From a bacterium (GTDB lineage: Bacteria > Patescibacteriota > Microgenomatia > UBA1400 > UBA12108), in the NCBI GenBank assembly GCA_021788365.1, contig JAJYKS010000002.1, positions 96,521-160,520 on the forward strand: a stretch of 64,000 nucleotides of DNA. Direction: 5' to 3'. The position numbers were made by a program, and so were the translations under genes. The notes beneath the pieces were generated by a model. That model saw only the letters and a list, made by a program, of their open reading frames with translations, ran no database searches and had not been told where the DNA came from. Positions within the stretch are counted from its first letter, which is position 1. Every line of letters begins with the position of its first letter. Below are positions 1-9,359 of this stretch, piece after piece.

Positions 1-1028
1 AGTCGCACATGACCATACCCCAAATTCGGGGTATGTACCACGGCGACCAAGCCCGAAAACGCACGCTCATAGACTACGGTTTTCGCCTGGAGTCGGCGAT
101 AGACAATCGGCCCCTAAAGTTCGATGAATTCTATGGCATCCCGCCTCGTTTTATCTATGTATCGGCAACTCCCGACAGTTGGGAACTGGAACAAGCCGGG
201 AAAAACGTCATAGAGCAGCTCGTCCGCCCGACTGGCATCATCGATCCGAAAATAGAAATTCGCCCAGCAAACCCTACGGCCCCGAGCGACAATCGAGGGG
301 GACAAATCAAAGATGTCATCGAAGAAATCCGCAAGCGAGCAGACAAAGGCCAGCGTACCCTGGTGACAACACTTACCAAAAAGACCGCTGAAGATCTAAC
401 AAGCTACCTAAAAGAGCAGGGGATCCGTGCAAGCTATCTCCACTCTGATATTAAAACGCTCGAGCGAACCGATATCCTAGACGCCCTGCGCAAAAATGAG
501 TTCGACGCGCTCATAGGTGTCAATCTTCTCCGAGAAGGCTTGGACCTCCCCGAGGTAACGCTCGTAGCCATTCTAGACGCCGACCGCGAGGGCTTCCTCC
601 GCTCCCGCGTCTCCCTCATTCAGACCATGGGCCGTGCCGCCCGCAACATCGAGGGAGAGGTTATTCTGTACGCAGACGCCGTGACCGACAGCATGAGCGC
701 AGCTATCGAAGAGATCGCTCGCCGCCGGAAGTATCAGCTCACCTACAATACAAAACATGGCATCACCCCACGAACCATAGAGAAACCGGTACGGGAAAAA
801 GTGGTAGAAGGCGACGCCGAAGGGCTGCCCTGGAACACCATAGATACTGTCGAGACCGGCAAGGCACTCAAACTGGACGCCGCCGCTCTGACTCCTCACG
901 ATCGCGAAAAGTGGGTAAAACGACTAGAGCGCGACATGAGACGCCTCGCGGGAGACTTAAACTTCGAGGCGGCAATTGCCGTGCGCGATAAACTACGCGA
1001 ACTGAAAGAAGGTACTTTACAGGGATGA
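1..1028 (+). CDS. uvrB: Excinuclease ABC subunit B, C-terminal portion; the gene starts upstream of the window
   Basis: ORF 9..1028 is in frame from position 3. Helicase C-terminal region motifs and a C-terminal UVR domain (FEAAIAVRDKLRELKE) are present. GC is about 55%. Confidence 0.9.
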   Translation, partial: SHMTIPQIRGMYHGDQARKRTLIDYGFRLESAIDNRPLKFDEFYGIPPRFIYVSATPDSWELEQAGKNVIEQLVRPTGIIDPKIEIRPANPTAPSDNRGGQIKDVIEEIRKRADKGQRTLVTTLTKKTAEDLTSYLKEQGIRASYLHSDIKTLERTDILDALRKNEFDALIGVNLLREGLDLPEVTLVAILDADREGFLRSRVSLIQTMGRAARNIEGEVILYADAVTDSMSAAIEEIARRRKYQLTYNTKHGITPRTIEKPVREKVVEGDAEGLPWNTIDTVETGKALKLDAAALTPHDREKWVKRLERDMRRLAGDLNFEAAIAVRDKLRELKEGTLQG

Positions 1029-1079
1029 TCCTTGTAAGATGCAAAGCATCTCACGAAGATCATCCCTAAAACAAAACAT

Positions 1080-3959
1080 ATGACTAATTATCTAAAAATT
1101 CGCGGTGCCAGACAGCATAACCTGCAAAACATCGACGTGGATATCCCCAAAGACCAGTTTGTAGTCATGACTGGCGTATCCGGGAGCGGAAAAAGTAGTC
1201 TCGCGTTTGACACCATCTACGCCGAGGGACAGCGTCGCTACGTTGAATCCCTTTCTCCCTATGCCCGACAATTTTTAGGCCTCATGGATAAACCGGATGT
1301 AGATAGCATCGAAGGCTTGTCTCCATCGATCTCCATCGATCAAAAAACCGTCTCCCACAATCCCAGGAGTACCGTGGGAACGACAACCGAAATATATGAC
1401 TACCTCCGTCTTCTGTTCGCGCGGATAGGCCACCCCAAATGTCCAGATGACGGCACCGAGATCACCAAATTTAGCCTCGACGAGATCGTCGAACACGCCA
1501 TTGCCGACATCGAGGTGGAGACGACTGCCGGAAAAGCCGCCCCCCACCTATTTACCGTTCTCTCTCCAATAGTTCGAGGCAAGAAGGGAGAGTTCAAGGA
1601 ACTCTTAGACAACGTCCGCTCCAAAGGCTACACTCGAGCCGAAATAGATGGCAAACTATACGAAGACTTCGACGACCTTTCGCTTCTCAAGACAAACAAA
1701 CATAACATCTCGGTAGTGACAGATGTAGTGAGCGTCACCCACCGCGATCTTAAAGATCCTGTGTTTATCGGCAACCTCCGCACACGGCTTGGGGCGGCAG
1801 TTGAGCAGGCCACCAAACTCTCGGCCGGTCTTGTCATGATCCGTGGAGAGGCTACGCATCTCTATTCCGAGAATTACGCCTGTCCGGTCTGCGGCCGCTC
1901 TCTCCCCGAGATTGAACCACGTATGTTTTCCTTCAACTCGCCTTTGGGTGCCTGCGAGACATGCAAAGGACTGGGCACCGTCGAACACATCGAACCCGAG
2001 CGCATTATCAATCCTCGTCTCTCATTTAACGAAGGCGGTATCCTCCCCCTAAACCGCCTCCTACTCCACGACACATGGTACATGCGCCTGGTAAAAGCCG
2101 TCGCAGATGCGGAGGGTGTGAGCCTCACACTCCCCTTGGGAGAGCTCTCTGACCGGGATAAACAAATTTTGCTCTACGGCACGGGTAAAGAGTACGACGT
2201 TGTAGGGAGGAATCGCGATGGCCGGGTCACCACCATTCACGAGATCTGGACCGGCATCGTTCCCAAGCTCGAGGAGCACTACTTCACGGCCCAGTCCGAG
2301 TGGGCACGTATGGATCTTCATCAATATATGCGGGAAGAGGTCTGCGCCAGTTGCAAAGGAGAAAAGCTAAAACCTGAGGTCTTGGCAATCACCGTAAACA
2401 ACGAGAACATCACCGCCTTTACTCGCCGTGCAGTTTCTGAGCTGGCTCCGTACGTCAAAGAAGTCTTACCAGGAATACTCAATGCCTACGAGGTGCAAGT
2501 TGCAACAGGCATCTTAAAAGAAATTGGCATACGTTTGAGCTTCTTGGTAGACGTCGGCCTGGGCTACCTCGATCTCGCTAGAGCCAGCCGTACCCTCTCC
2601 GGTGGCGAAGCGCAGCGGATCCGCCTGGCAAGCCAAATAGGGACCGGGCTAACCGGCGTCCTCTACGTACTGGACGAGCCGTCGATTGGCCTCCACTCCC
2701 GCGACGTCGCGGCTTTGATCGGCTCGCTCCGCCACTTAGTGGAGATTGGCAACAGCTTGGTGGTAGTCGAGCACGACGAAGAGACAATCCGCGCGGCCGA
2801 CTATTTGGTCGAGCTCGGCCCTGCCGCCGGCAAAGGTGGGGGTAAGTTGGTCGCTCATGGCACTGTGCCAGAGATTACCAAAGATACACATTCGCTAACC
2901 GGCCAATATCTCTCCGGCGCCAAATCTATAGAACGAATAGTTTCCCCGGTCAAAACCTCGCTCGGTACTCTCGAACTCAAAGGCGCGCGCGAAAATAATC
3001 TCAAAAAAGTAAATCTTCGACTTCCTCTTGGTAACCTCATCGGGGTGACCGGCGTCTCAGGCTCCGGGAAATCGACACTGATTACCGAGACGCTTTTCCC
3101 AGCCTTGAAGTATTACGTGGACGGCACCTTTGCCGATCACATGGGTGCCTACGATCGCTTGGATGGTTACCAGTACGTCAGATCGGTCTATTTGGTAGAC
3201 CAGTCGCCGATCGGCCGGACTCCGAGGAGCAATCCAGCGACCTATGTAGGCTTCTTCGACGAGATCCGAGATATCTACGCTGCCACACCCGAAGCGCGCC
3301 TCCGCGGCTTTGGCAAGGGTCGGTTTAGCTTCAACGTCAAAGGCGGTCGGTGCGAAAAGTGTCAGGGCGCCGGGGTTATCAAGATTGAGATGCAGTTCTT
3401 GCCGGACGTCTACGTGACGTGTGACGTCTGTGAGGGGAAGCGCTACAACCGCGAGACATTGGAATGTAAATATAAAGGCATGACGATCTTCGATATCTTG
3501 AATATGACCATCACAGACGCTGCTGCTTTCTTTAAGAACCACACCCGCATCTACCGCAAACTCAAGCTTTTATGTGACGTTGGCCTTGGCTATCTCACGG
3601 TGGGGCAGGGTGCCCCAACACTTTCGGGCGGCGAAGCACAACGGGTAAAACTAGCCGCAGAGCTTGGTAAACGAGAGGGAGCGAGCACCGTCTACATCCT
3701 AGACGAGCCAACAACCGGCCTACATTTTGACGATATCAACAAACTCTTGCTCACTCTTCGCCGGCTGGTAGAAAAGGGGAATACTGTTATTGTTATCGAA
3801 CACAATCTCGACGTCATCAAAAACTGTCAGTATGTAGTGGACATGGGCCCCGAGGGCGGCGACGCCGGCGGGCAGATTATCTTCCAGGGACCAACCGACG
3901 AAATCGCAAACATTCGCACGTCCTACACTGCCAAATATCTCAAAAAATATCTTAAGTAA
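1080..3959 (+). CDS. uvrA: Excinuclease ABC subunit A
   Basis: 959 aa with two ABC ATPase modules (GVSGSGKSSLAFDT and GVSGSGKSTL), LSGGEAQR signature motifs and zinc-finger cysteines. This is a classic UvrA N-terminus. Confidence 0.95.
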   Translation: MTNYLKIRGARQHNLQNIDVDIPKDQFVVMTGVSGSGKSSLAFDTIYAEGQRRYVESLSPYARQFLGLMDKPDVDSIEGLSPSISIDQKTVSHNPRSTVGTTTEIYDYLRLLFARIGHPKCPDDGTEITKFSLDEIVEHAIADIEVETTAGKAAPHLFTVLSPIVRGKKGEFKELLDNVRSKGYTRAEIDGKLYEDFDDLSLLKTNKHNISVVTDVVSVTHRDLKDPVFIGNLRTRLGAAVEQATKLSAGLVMIRGEATHLYSENYACPVCGRSLPEIEPRMFSFNSPLGACETCKGLGTVEHIEPERIINPRLSFNEGGILPLNRLLLHDTWYMRLVKAVADAEGVSLTLPLGELSDRDKQILLYGTGKEYDVVGRNRDGRVTTIHEIWTGIVPKLEEHYFTAQSEWARMDLHQYMREEVCASCKGEKLKPEVLAITVNNENITAFTRRAVSELAPYVKEVLPGILNAYEVQVATGILKEIGIRLSFLVDVGLGYLDLARASRTLSGGEAQRIRLASQIGTGLTGVLYVLDEPSIGLHSRDVAALIGSLRHLVEIGNSLVVVEHDEETIRAADYLVELGPAAGKGGGKLVAHGTVPEITKDTHSLTGQYLSGAKSIERIVSPVKTSLGTLELKGARENNLKKVNLRLPLGNLIGVTGVSGSGKSTLITETLFPALKYYVDGTFADHMGAYDRLDGYQYVRSVYLVDQSPIGRTPRSNPATYVGFFDEIRDIYAATPEARLRGFGKGRFSFNVKGGRCEKCQGAGVIKIEMQFLPDVYVTCDVCEGKRYNRETLECKYKGMTIFDILNMTITDAAAFFKNHTRIYRKLKLLCDVGLGYLTVGQGAPTLSGGEAQRVKLAAELGKREGASTVYILDEPTTGLHFDDINKLLLTLRRLVEKGNTVIVIEHNLDVIKNCQYVVDMGPEGGDAGGQIIFQGPTDEIANIRTSYTAKYLKKYLK

Positions 3960-3987
3960 CTTAAGAGGCACAGAACCAACATTCTTT

Positions 3988-4374
3988 CTACCCAGAATAA
4001 GGCTCTACCTCAAAAGCTTTACTACTATCAGGAATACTAAACACAGACCTGCCTCGATTAACCCTTAATCGTTCAAACACCTCGTCAAAATAAAATGTCA
4101 ACTCTATAGGGAAGCGCTTGGCGGCAACTAATGCAGCTACCACAACTCGTAGCTCGTTGACTTTCGCTTCTGGACCAATGCTAACCTTCAACAACTCATC
4201 ACTATCTACCACAGCAGCATACTGGGCCAAATCAGTAACAGACGCTAGCGATGTAAAGTGGCCGCCCTCGCTGCCTCGCACGTGTACTATAGCCATAAAA
4301 CACCCTCCCACAAGTTGTTTAGCATACACAAATCTACGTTCGCCTTTGGAATATAATTTTGTGTGGATTTTCAA
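3988..4374 (-). CDS. Hypothetical protein; possibly the C-terminal half of a gene split by a frameshift
   Basis: 128-aa ORF overlaps the upstream 100-aa ORF (4334..4636, same strand) by 41 nt in a different frame. GC is lower than in the flanking uvr genes. No motif recognised. Confidence 0.3.
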   Translation of the reverse strand: MKIHTKLYSKGERRFVYAKQLVGGCFMAIVHVRGSEGGHFTSLASVTDLAQYAAVVDSDELLKVSIGPEAKVNELRVVVAALVAAKRFPIELTFYFDEVFERLRVNRGRSVFSIPDSSKAFEVEPYSG

Positions 4375-4636
4375 CCATAATATTACTTCGTATCATAGGT
4401 GTCCCGTTTTGCAGAACTATCCCCATAGAATCCTTCTCAGTCACAACTGATATTGCACCCGTGGGAACAACCGTCAACACTTCCATAATCCACGCCTCTA
4501 TCTTATCAATATCCGGTTGTTGAACTTCTGGATCTAAAAAATACGTAACATCTCCACCGACATCTTGCTGAACAATTCCCACATTACCATCACACTGTAT
4601 AGCCCCCGATTCTCCAAAAATTCCAATTACTGGCAT
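4334..4636 (-). CDS. Hypothetical protein; possibly the N-terminal half of the same split gene
   Basis: 100-aa ORF sits directly upstream of, and overlaps, the 3988..4374 ORF on the minus strand. Together they would encode about 228 aa. Confidence 0.3.
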   Translation of the reverse strand: MPVIGIFGESGAIQCDGNVGIVQQDVGGDVTYFLDPEVQQPDIDKIEAWIMEVLTVVPTGAISVVTEKDSMGIVLQNGTPMIRSNIMVENPHKIIFQRRT

Positions 4637-4677
4637 AAATCACTCCGATATATTTTATATGAGATAATTCTACTACT

Positions 4678-6015
4678 ATGAGTCAACTCAATTGGTACAC
4701 CATTTTGGAAGCAAGCGACGCGCCAACAACCGCGGGCGTATATATGTATATGAAGGCTAGTACGCCGCTCTACATCGGCAAGGCAGTAAACCTTAAAGCG
4801 CGTCTTGCAAGCCACGTCCAAAACGCCAAACTAGATGCGCGTGAAGCAGCCTATGTCACTGGTGCGGCGGATATCCGCTATGCCGAGACCGACACAGAAT
4901 TTAAGGCGCTCCTCCTCGAAGCCTCCCTCATCCAAAAATATCAACCTCGCTACAACCGCGCCCTCAAAGACGACAAAAGCTACCTGTATATCGTAATAAA
5001 TACAAGCGACGAATTCCCCAAACCCGTACTCGCCCGCGCCCACGACCTTCAGCGACAAAATAATACATACAAAATAGTAAATAAAAAGTATAAAGTGTTT
5101 GGTCCCTTCCCCAATTCGTATGTCGCCGAAGAAGTGTTACGTACCATCCGTCGACTGGTTCCTTTTTGCCAGCAGAAATCGCGGAGCAAAAATAGCCGGG
5201 CCTGTTTCTACCACCACCTCGGCCTCTGCGATCCGTGTCCCAGCACCATTACGACCGCAGAAGACAAGCGCCGCTATCGTCACCAAATCTTCCAGGTCAT
5301 TCACATACTCGAAGGGAATATCGACCCAGTTATCGCTGCTCTCACCAAAGATATGAAAGCCGCCTCAGCACGGGAAGATTTCGAGTCCGCGCTCCGTCTT
5401 CGCCAAAAAATCGAACGCTTCACCCGCTATATCGAATCTCACTCGTTTTCTCGAGGCGAACACATTTCGTATAACACAGCCGATCTGCGTCTTAATGCTT
5501 TACGTACCCTCCTATCTTCTAGCATCTCTCATCTAGAATCTTTATCCCGCATCGAGGCCTACGATGCCTCCCACCTTGGCATGGCAGACGCAACGGTATC
5601 AATGGTAGTCGCAACCGACGGGCTGCTCGACAGGGGAGCATATCGCCGCTTCCGAGTAAAAAATCCCCGCGCCGTATCTGATTTTGATCGATTAGAAGAG
5701 GCAATGGTTCGCCGTCTCAAAAACACACATTGGCCCGCACCGGACTTGATCGTTATAGATGGCGGCACCCCCCAGCTTCGCCGCTTGCAAAGAGTTTTCG
5801 ACCAGCTTCCCTCGCCCCCTCGTTATCTCGGCCTTGCCAAGCACCCGGATAGGCTGATCCTTCAAGGTCCGTCCTTGAAGGAATCAAACTGGGTCACGAT
5901 CCATGTCCCAAGTAACAATCCCGGGCTTCACTTGCTCGAAGAATTGCGCGACGAAGCCCACCGATTTGCCAACAACTACCGCAAAGTGCTCGGGAGAAAG
6001 CGATCTGGGCTATAA
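4678..6015 (+). CDS. uvrC: UvrC-like excinuclease subunit C, short form (445 aa)
   Basis: N-terminal GIY-YIG motifs (GVYMYM...YIGKAVNLKARL...YNRAL) are followed by a UVR domain (EDFESALRLRQKIERF) and a UvrC RNase H-like endonuclease region (EAYDASHLGMADATVSMVV). The protein ends without a recognisable C-terminal (HhH)2 domain. Confidence 0.85.
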   Translation: MSQLNWYTILEASDAPTTAGVYMYMKASTPLYIGKAVNLKARLASHVQNAKLDAREAAYVTGAADIRYAETDTEFKALLLEASLIQKYQPRYNRALKDDKSYLYIVINTSDEFPKPVLARAHDLQRQNNTYKIVNKKYKVFGPFPNSYVAEEVLRTIRRLVPFCQQKSRSKNSRACFYHHLGLCDPCPSTITTAEDKRRYRHQIFQVIHILEGNIDPVIAALTKDMKAASAREDFESALRLRQKIERFTRYIESHSFSRGEHISYNTADLRLNALRTLLSSSISHLESLSRIEAYDASHLGMADATVSMVVATDGLLDRGAYRRFRVKNPRAVSDFDRLEEAMVRRLKNTHWPAPDLIVIDGGTPQLRRLQRVFDQLPSPPRYLGLAKHPDRLILQGPSLKESNWVTIHVPSNNPGLHLLEELRDEAHRFANNYRKVLGRKRSGL

Positions 6016-6047
6016 TAGAGTGTCATAGCCCTCTTCATAGTCGAAGG

Positions 6048-6122
6048 GCCTCTGTCGTTCAACGGATAGGACTACGGTCTTCGGAACCGTTAATGCTGGT
6101 TCAATTCCTGCCAGAGGCACCA
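6048..6122 (+). tRNA. tRNA-Arg (anticodon TCG) with encoded CCA
   Basis: Cloverleaf folded by hand. Acceptor stem is GCCTCTG/CAGAGGC. D stem is GTTC/GGAC with GG in the D loop. Anticodon stem is ACGGT/ACCGT with loop CTTCGGA (anticodon TCG, G37). T loop is TTCAATT. A discriminator A is followed by CCA. Confidence 0.7.
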
Positions 6123-6242
6123 ATGCTCCCACCAGTGTTTCCGCCCAAGGCGGATCACCCTTGGGATGACGACTCATGCCGGGTGCACAATAGATATACC
6201 TTGCTTGACACCTTCCCAAGTCGTGTATACTAATAGAAATCT

Positions 6243-6944
6243 ATGCAGCTATTTTTGAATAAATTAGTTGAGAAGGCGCTCACGCAAGGCGAGGTAGGGA
6301 ACCGCGCCAACAAAATACAAATCACCGGTGCCTGGAATCCCGACATCGTTATCTCCCGAGATCCGGGGAGTGGCGGTCGCGTCATCGCGCAAAAAATCGC
6401 CAAAAAACTCGAGTGGAAGCTGCTCGATAAAAAAATCATGGAAGAGCTCTCACGCGATCTAGGTATTCCCGAACGAGAGTTCGCCGAAGTCGACGAGCAT
6501 GGCCGCAGTTGGCTCACAGACTCTATCCGTACACTTTTCGATCCCCACTTTGTCTCGGATGTAACGTACGTCAATCACCTCAAGCGTCTGCTGACGCACG
6601 CGGCAAAAGGGGCCGATATAGTGATCGTTGGTCGCGGTGCCAACCACATTATCCCCGCCGACAAATGCCTGCGCGTCAAGATCACTGCATCCTGGAAAAC
6701 TCGAGTAGACAATACCTACAAATATGAAAAAAAGAAATCGCGCGAAGAAGCAGAGGCTTGGGTAAAGCACGTCGAGGAAAAGCGCAACCGCTTTATCGAA
6801 CAATATTTTGGTATGGAAGGCTGTCACCCAGAACACTTTGACCTCATTGTGAATACCGATTACCTCACCCTCGATACCGCCCGCGACATGGTGATTGCTG
6901 CGTTCTACGCCAAATTCCCTGACATGCGCCGCAGAGTCAAATAA
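6243..6944 (+). CDS. Cytidylate kinase-like family protein (AAA_28/CMP kinase-like P-loop protein)
   Basis: 233 aa with an N-terminal ISRDPGSGGRVIAQKIAKKL glycine-rich loop typical of the cytidylate kinase-like family. Host-like GC. Confidence 0.55.
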   Translation: MQLFLNKLVEKALTQGEVGNRANKIQITGAWNPDIVISRDPGSGGRVIAQKIAKKLEWKLLDKKIMEELSRDLGIPEREFAEVDEHGRSWLTDSIRTLFDPHFVSDVTYVNHLKRLLTHAAKGADIVIVGRGANHIIPADKCLRVKITASWKTRVDNTYKYEKKKSREEAEAWVKHVEEKRNRFIEQYFGMEGCHPEHFDLIVNTDYLTLDTARDMVIAAFYAKFPDMRRRVK

Positions 6945-8679
6945 CTTCCCGTACGGTATAATTACTTCGTTGCCGAGATGGCGGAACTGGTAGACGCGCA
7001 CGTTTCAGGAGCGTGTGGAGCAATCCATGGAGGTTCAAGTCCTCTTCTCGGCACCATAGAGAACTTTTTAAATAGTTTTTCAAATCTTCCCGATTTGACA
7101 AGCTATTTTCAGGTTCAAGCGGTCCATTTTTATCGTTGGTGGTTTTTGCACCCTCTTTTAACTTCAAAAAGATAAATCTAGGCTGATATTCAAGTTTTTG
7201 ATCTAGTAAGATCGGGTTCAAGCCGATTGCCTTGAAAATGACCTTTTTGTCTTCTGAGTCTCCACTTTCAAACCGTTGCTTAGCCAGTAACGCGAACTCG
7301 AAGGAGTCTTTTGCAACCTCAGCCCAGTCGGATTCACCACTTTTTGCATGAGCTAGTTGGTGGGTAAGGTTATCTTTCTCGATCATCAGCTCACGTTTCC
7401 TGTCACCAAACTCGGCGTCTGAAAGTAAGCTGCCATCATTTTCTGGGGATATCTTGAGAGCTATCAGATTATCAATTCTCCGATTTACCCCGTCTAAGGC
7501 AGTCTGGAGAGCTTCTACACTTGTTTTATTGACCACCTGACTCTTTTCCTTGGTTTCGTTGAGGGCTTCATACGCCCAATCTACAAATTCCTTATCTTTA
7601 ATCTCGAGTTGACATAAATCGCTAGCGAACTGTCCCTCCAATTTTGAAGTTGAGATGTAGCGCTGGTTACATTTTTCTTCTCCCTTTTTCGTACAACTAT
7701 AGTAGCCAAATACTTGTTCAGTACCATTTTTGTATTTCTTTTTGTGTTCCTGGGCGGTGATGCAGTAATGGCACTCTCCACAATGGATAATACCGTTCAA
7801 GGCGAAGTCATGCTTTTGTTGTCTTGCCTTTGATCTGCCATCTAAAATGTCTTGTAAGAGGTTAAATTCTGCTTCACTGATCATTGCTGGATGTTGGCCT
7901 TGGTATATTTTGCCACAATACATAAACTTGCCGGTATAAAATGGATCACGTAATAGTCTGTGCATCCAACTTTTAACGATAGGCCTACCAGATTTAGAGC
8001 TTCTGATTCCTAAAATCTTGGCTTCACGCATCAATGCTTGAACGCTGTAATTACCAGTTAGTGCAAGATCGAAGAGTTTTCTCATTAAAGGAAAATACAC
8101 CGGGTGAGGTGAGATATCGCGTAACCCTTGAGGTTTTTCGTGATTATTTTTGTATCCTGGTCGTGCTCTACCCGGAAATACACCTCGTTCAGCTTTGAGT
8201 TTTAGTGCCTCCGTGACATTGACACTTTTATTGTCATTCTCAAGTTTTGCCTGGGTACAAAGCAAATTCAGCATGAATTTATCATTCGGATTATTCCGGA
8301 ATGTTTGGTATGGGGTTACTACTTCAAGCAGCTTACCTTGATCCATTAGGTAGATAACCCTGCCGGTATCGACCGTGTTTCTTGATAGACGTGAGGGGTT
8401 AAGAAGCACGATTCCATTCACATCGCCATCTTCAATCTTTTGTATAAGTTGTCCAAAAATAGGTCTGCCTGGAATTTTAGCCGTTCGTTGTTCTTGAAGT
8501 GGTTCACCGACGAGCTCAACACCTCGCTGACGGACGAGAGCAGTTAAATTCGTAATCTGATCAGGAAGTGATTGAATTTGTCTCTCATCAGATTCACTAC
8601 TTTTTCGGCAATACATCATATAGCGAGGGATAATCGGCGTCTGACTTATATTTTGCGTGTTATAGTCTGCCAGTCTCAT
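6937..8679 (-). CDS. Large serine recombinase (integrase) of the island
   Basis: 580 aa with an N-terminal resolvase domain (catalytic Ser in [12 protein letters not shown]), a recombinase domain, and a Cys-rich zinc-ribbon region (CGECHYC...CTKKGEEKC). The likely real start is the MMY at about 8619. The last ~39 codons run antisense through tRNA-Leu, so the true C-terminus is uncertain. Confidence 0.85.
   Translation of the reverse strand: MRLADYNTQNISQTPIIPRYMMYCRKSSESDERQIQSLPDQITNLTALVRQRGVELVGEPLQEQRTAKIPGRPIFGQLIQKIEDGDVNGIVLLNPSRLSRNTVDTGRVIYLMDQGKLLEVVTPYQTFRNNPNDKFMLNLLCTQAKLENDNKSVNVTEALKLKAERGVFPGRARPGYKNNHEKPQGLRDISPHPVYFPLMRKLFDLALTGNYSVQALMREAKILGIRSSKSGRPIVKSWMHRLLRDPFYTGKFMYCGKIYQGQHPAMISEAEFNLLQDILDGRSKARQQKHDFALNGIIHCGECHYCITAQEHKKKYKNGTEQVFGYYSCTKKGEEKCNQRYISTSKLEGQFASDLCQLEIKDKEFVDWAYEALNETKEKSQVVNKTSVEALQTALDGVNRRIDNLIALKISPENDGSLLSDAEFGDRKRELMIEKDNLTHQLAHAKSGESDWAEVAKDSFEFALLAKQRFESGDSEDKKVIFKAIGLNPILLDQKLEYQPRFIFLKLKEGAKTTNDKNGPLEPENSLSNREDLKNYLKSSLWCREEDLNLHGLLHTLLKRARLPVPPSRQRSNYTVREVI
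6972..7056 (+). tRNA. tRNA-Leu (anticodon CAG) with encoded CCA
   Basis: Acceptor stem is GCCGAGA/TCTCGGC. D stem is GCG/CGC with an 11-nt D loop containing GG. Anticodon stem is CACGT/GCGTG with loop TTCAGGA (anticodon CAG). A long variable arm is followed by T arm GGTTCAAGTCC, discriminator A and CCA. The low-GC island begins immediately 3' of this gene. Confidence 0.85.
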
Positions 8680-8875
8680 ATTGCCTCCTTTCTGGTTGAG
8701 AAGATGTAGGAATAGATGTTTCTGTTTTAATCGGTTTTTGTTTTGGTCGTATTAAGACTTCCATTAGATTGAGAAAATGTGTTGCCAGTTCGGTTGCTTC
8801 CTCGTCCGTGAGAGTAATGTCATATTTGTCTTTATATAACCTCTTAAACTTATCTAAATACTCTTTGCTGATCAT
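8660..8875 (-). CDS. Small protein upstream of, and co-oriented with, the serine recombinase; possible directionality or regulatory factor
   Basis: 71 aa. It overlaps the recombinase start. A related small ORF sits in the same position upstream of the second recombinase (61696..61998), with a shared Y-x-(L/I)-(T/S)...E..E...FL pattern. Confidence 0.4.
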   Translation of the reverse strand: MISKEYLDKFKRLYKDKYDITLTDEEATELATHFLNLMEVLIRPKQKPIKTETSIPTSSQPERRQYETGRL

Positions 8876-8893
8876 GGTTGTACTAGTAAAATT

Positions 8894-8976
8894 AACTACA
8901 ACTATAGTTACAGAATAGCAATTATAGTTGTAGTTGTCAAGCGTATTTTAAGGCTAAATTGTAACTATGGTTGTAG
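8894..8976. promoter_or_regulatory. Inverted and direct repeat cluster in the divergent control region between recombinase module 1 and the XRE gene
   Basis: AACTACAACTATA (8894-8906) and TATAGTTGTAGTT (8923-8935) form a 13-bp perfect inverted repeat. A third degenerate copy AACTATGGTTGTAG lies at 8963-8976. A nested palindrome AACTATAGTT is also present. Confidence 0.5.
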
Positions 8977-9068
8977 GCCAGATTTAGGCATAAATGATGT
9001 CCTATAAGTTGAAGAAATTGAGATTCTTTGATAAACTACCGTAAATTCACGAGTGATATACTACGATT

Positions 9069-9293
9069 ATGAATATGATTCCAGACGAAAAGAGCCAAAA
9101 AGCATTTGGTAAAAATCTTCGCTCAGTGAGGGAAGATAAAAGACTCTCTCAAGAAGAGGTTGCAACCCTGAGTAAGATTTCCACCACTCACTATGCCGGA
9201 ATTGAACGTGGAGAAGAAAACCCTACTTTTTCAGTGCTAGAAAACATCTGTAAAGCGCTCAAAATCAAGTCCTCCCAGGTTCTTCCTTTTTAA
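9069..9293 (+). CDS. XRE-family helix-turn-helix transcriptional regulator
   Basis: 74 aa with an HTH_3 pattern (LSQEEVATLSKISTTHYAGIERGEENPTFSVLENICKALKI). Confidence 0.7.
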   Translation: MNMIPDEKSQKAFGKNLRSVREDKRLSQEEVATLSKISTTHYAGIERGEENPTFSVLENICKALKIKSSQVLPF

Positions 9294-9359
9294 TCTTTTG
9301 CTCGATACGATAACTTCCTGTATACTCTCAACTAAATCCTGCCTCTATTAGGTCGGATT

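Noticed and set aside
1275-3542. Multiple 60-160-aa antisense ORFs inside uvrA (for example 1275..1547, 1656..1988, 3057..3542 on the minus strand)
   Set aside because: They lie entirely within a well-supported, highly conserved CDS on the opposite strand. High-GC coding regions routinely produce spurious antisense ORFs. No motifs.
6010-6219. 69-aa minus-strand ORF overlapping tRNA-Arg
   Set aside because: It overlaps the tRNA gene and has no RBS or recognisable domain. It is most likely a chance ORF.
6978-7175. 65-aa plus-strand ORF starting inside tRNA-Leu
   Set aside because: It begins within the tRNA sequence and runs antisense to the recombinase 3' end. Chance ORF.
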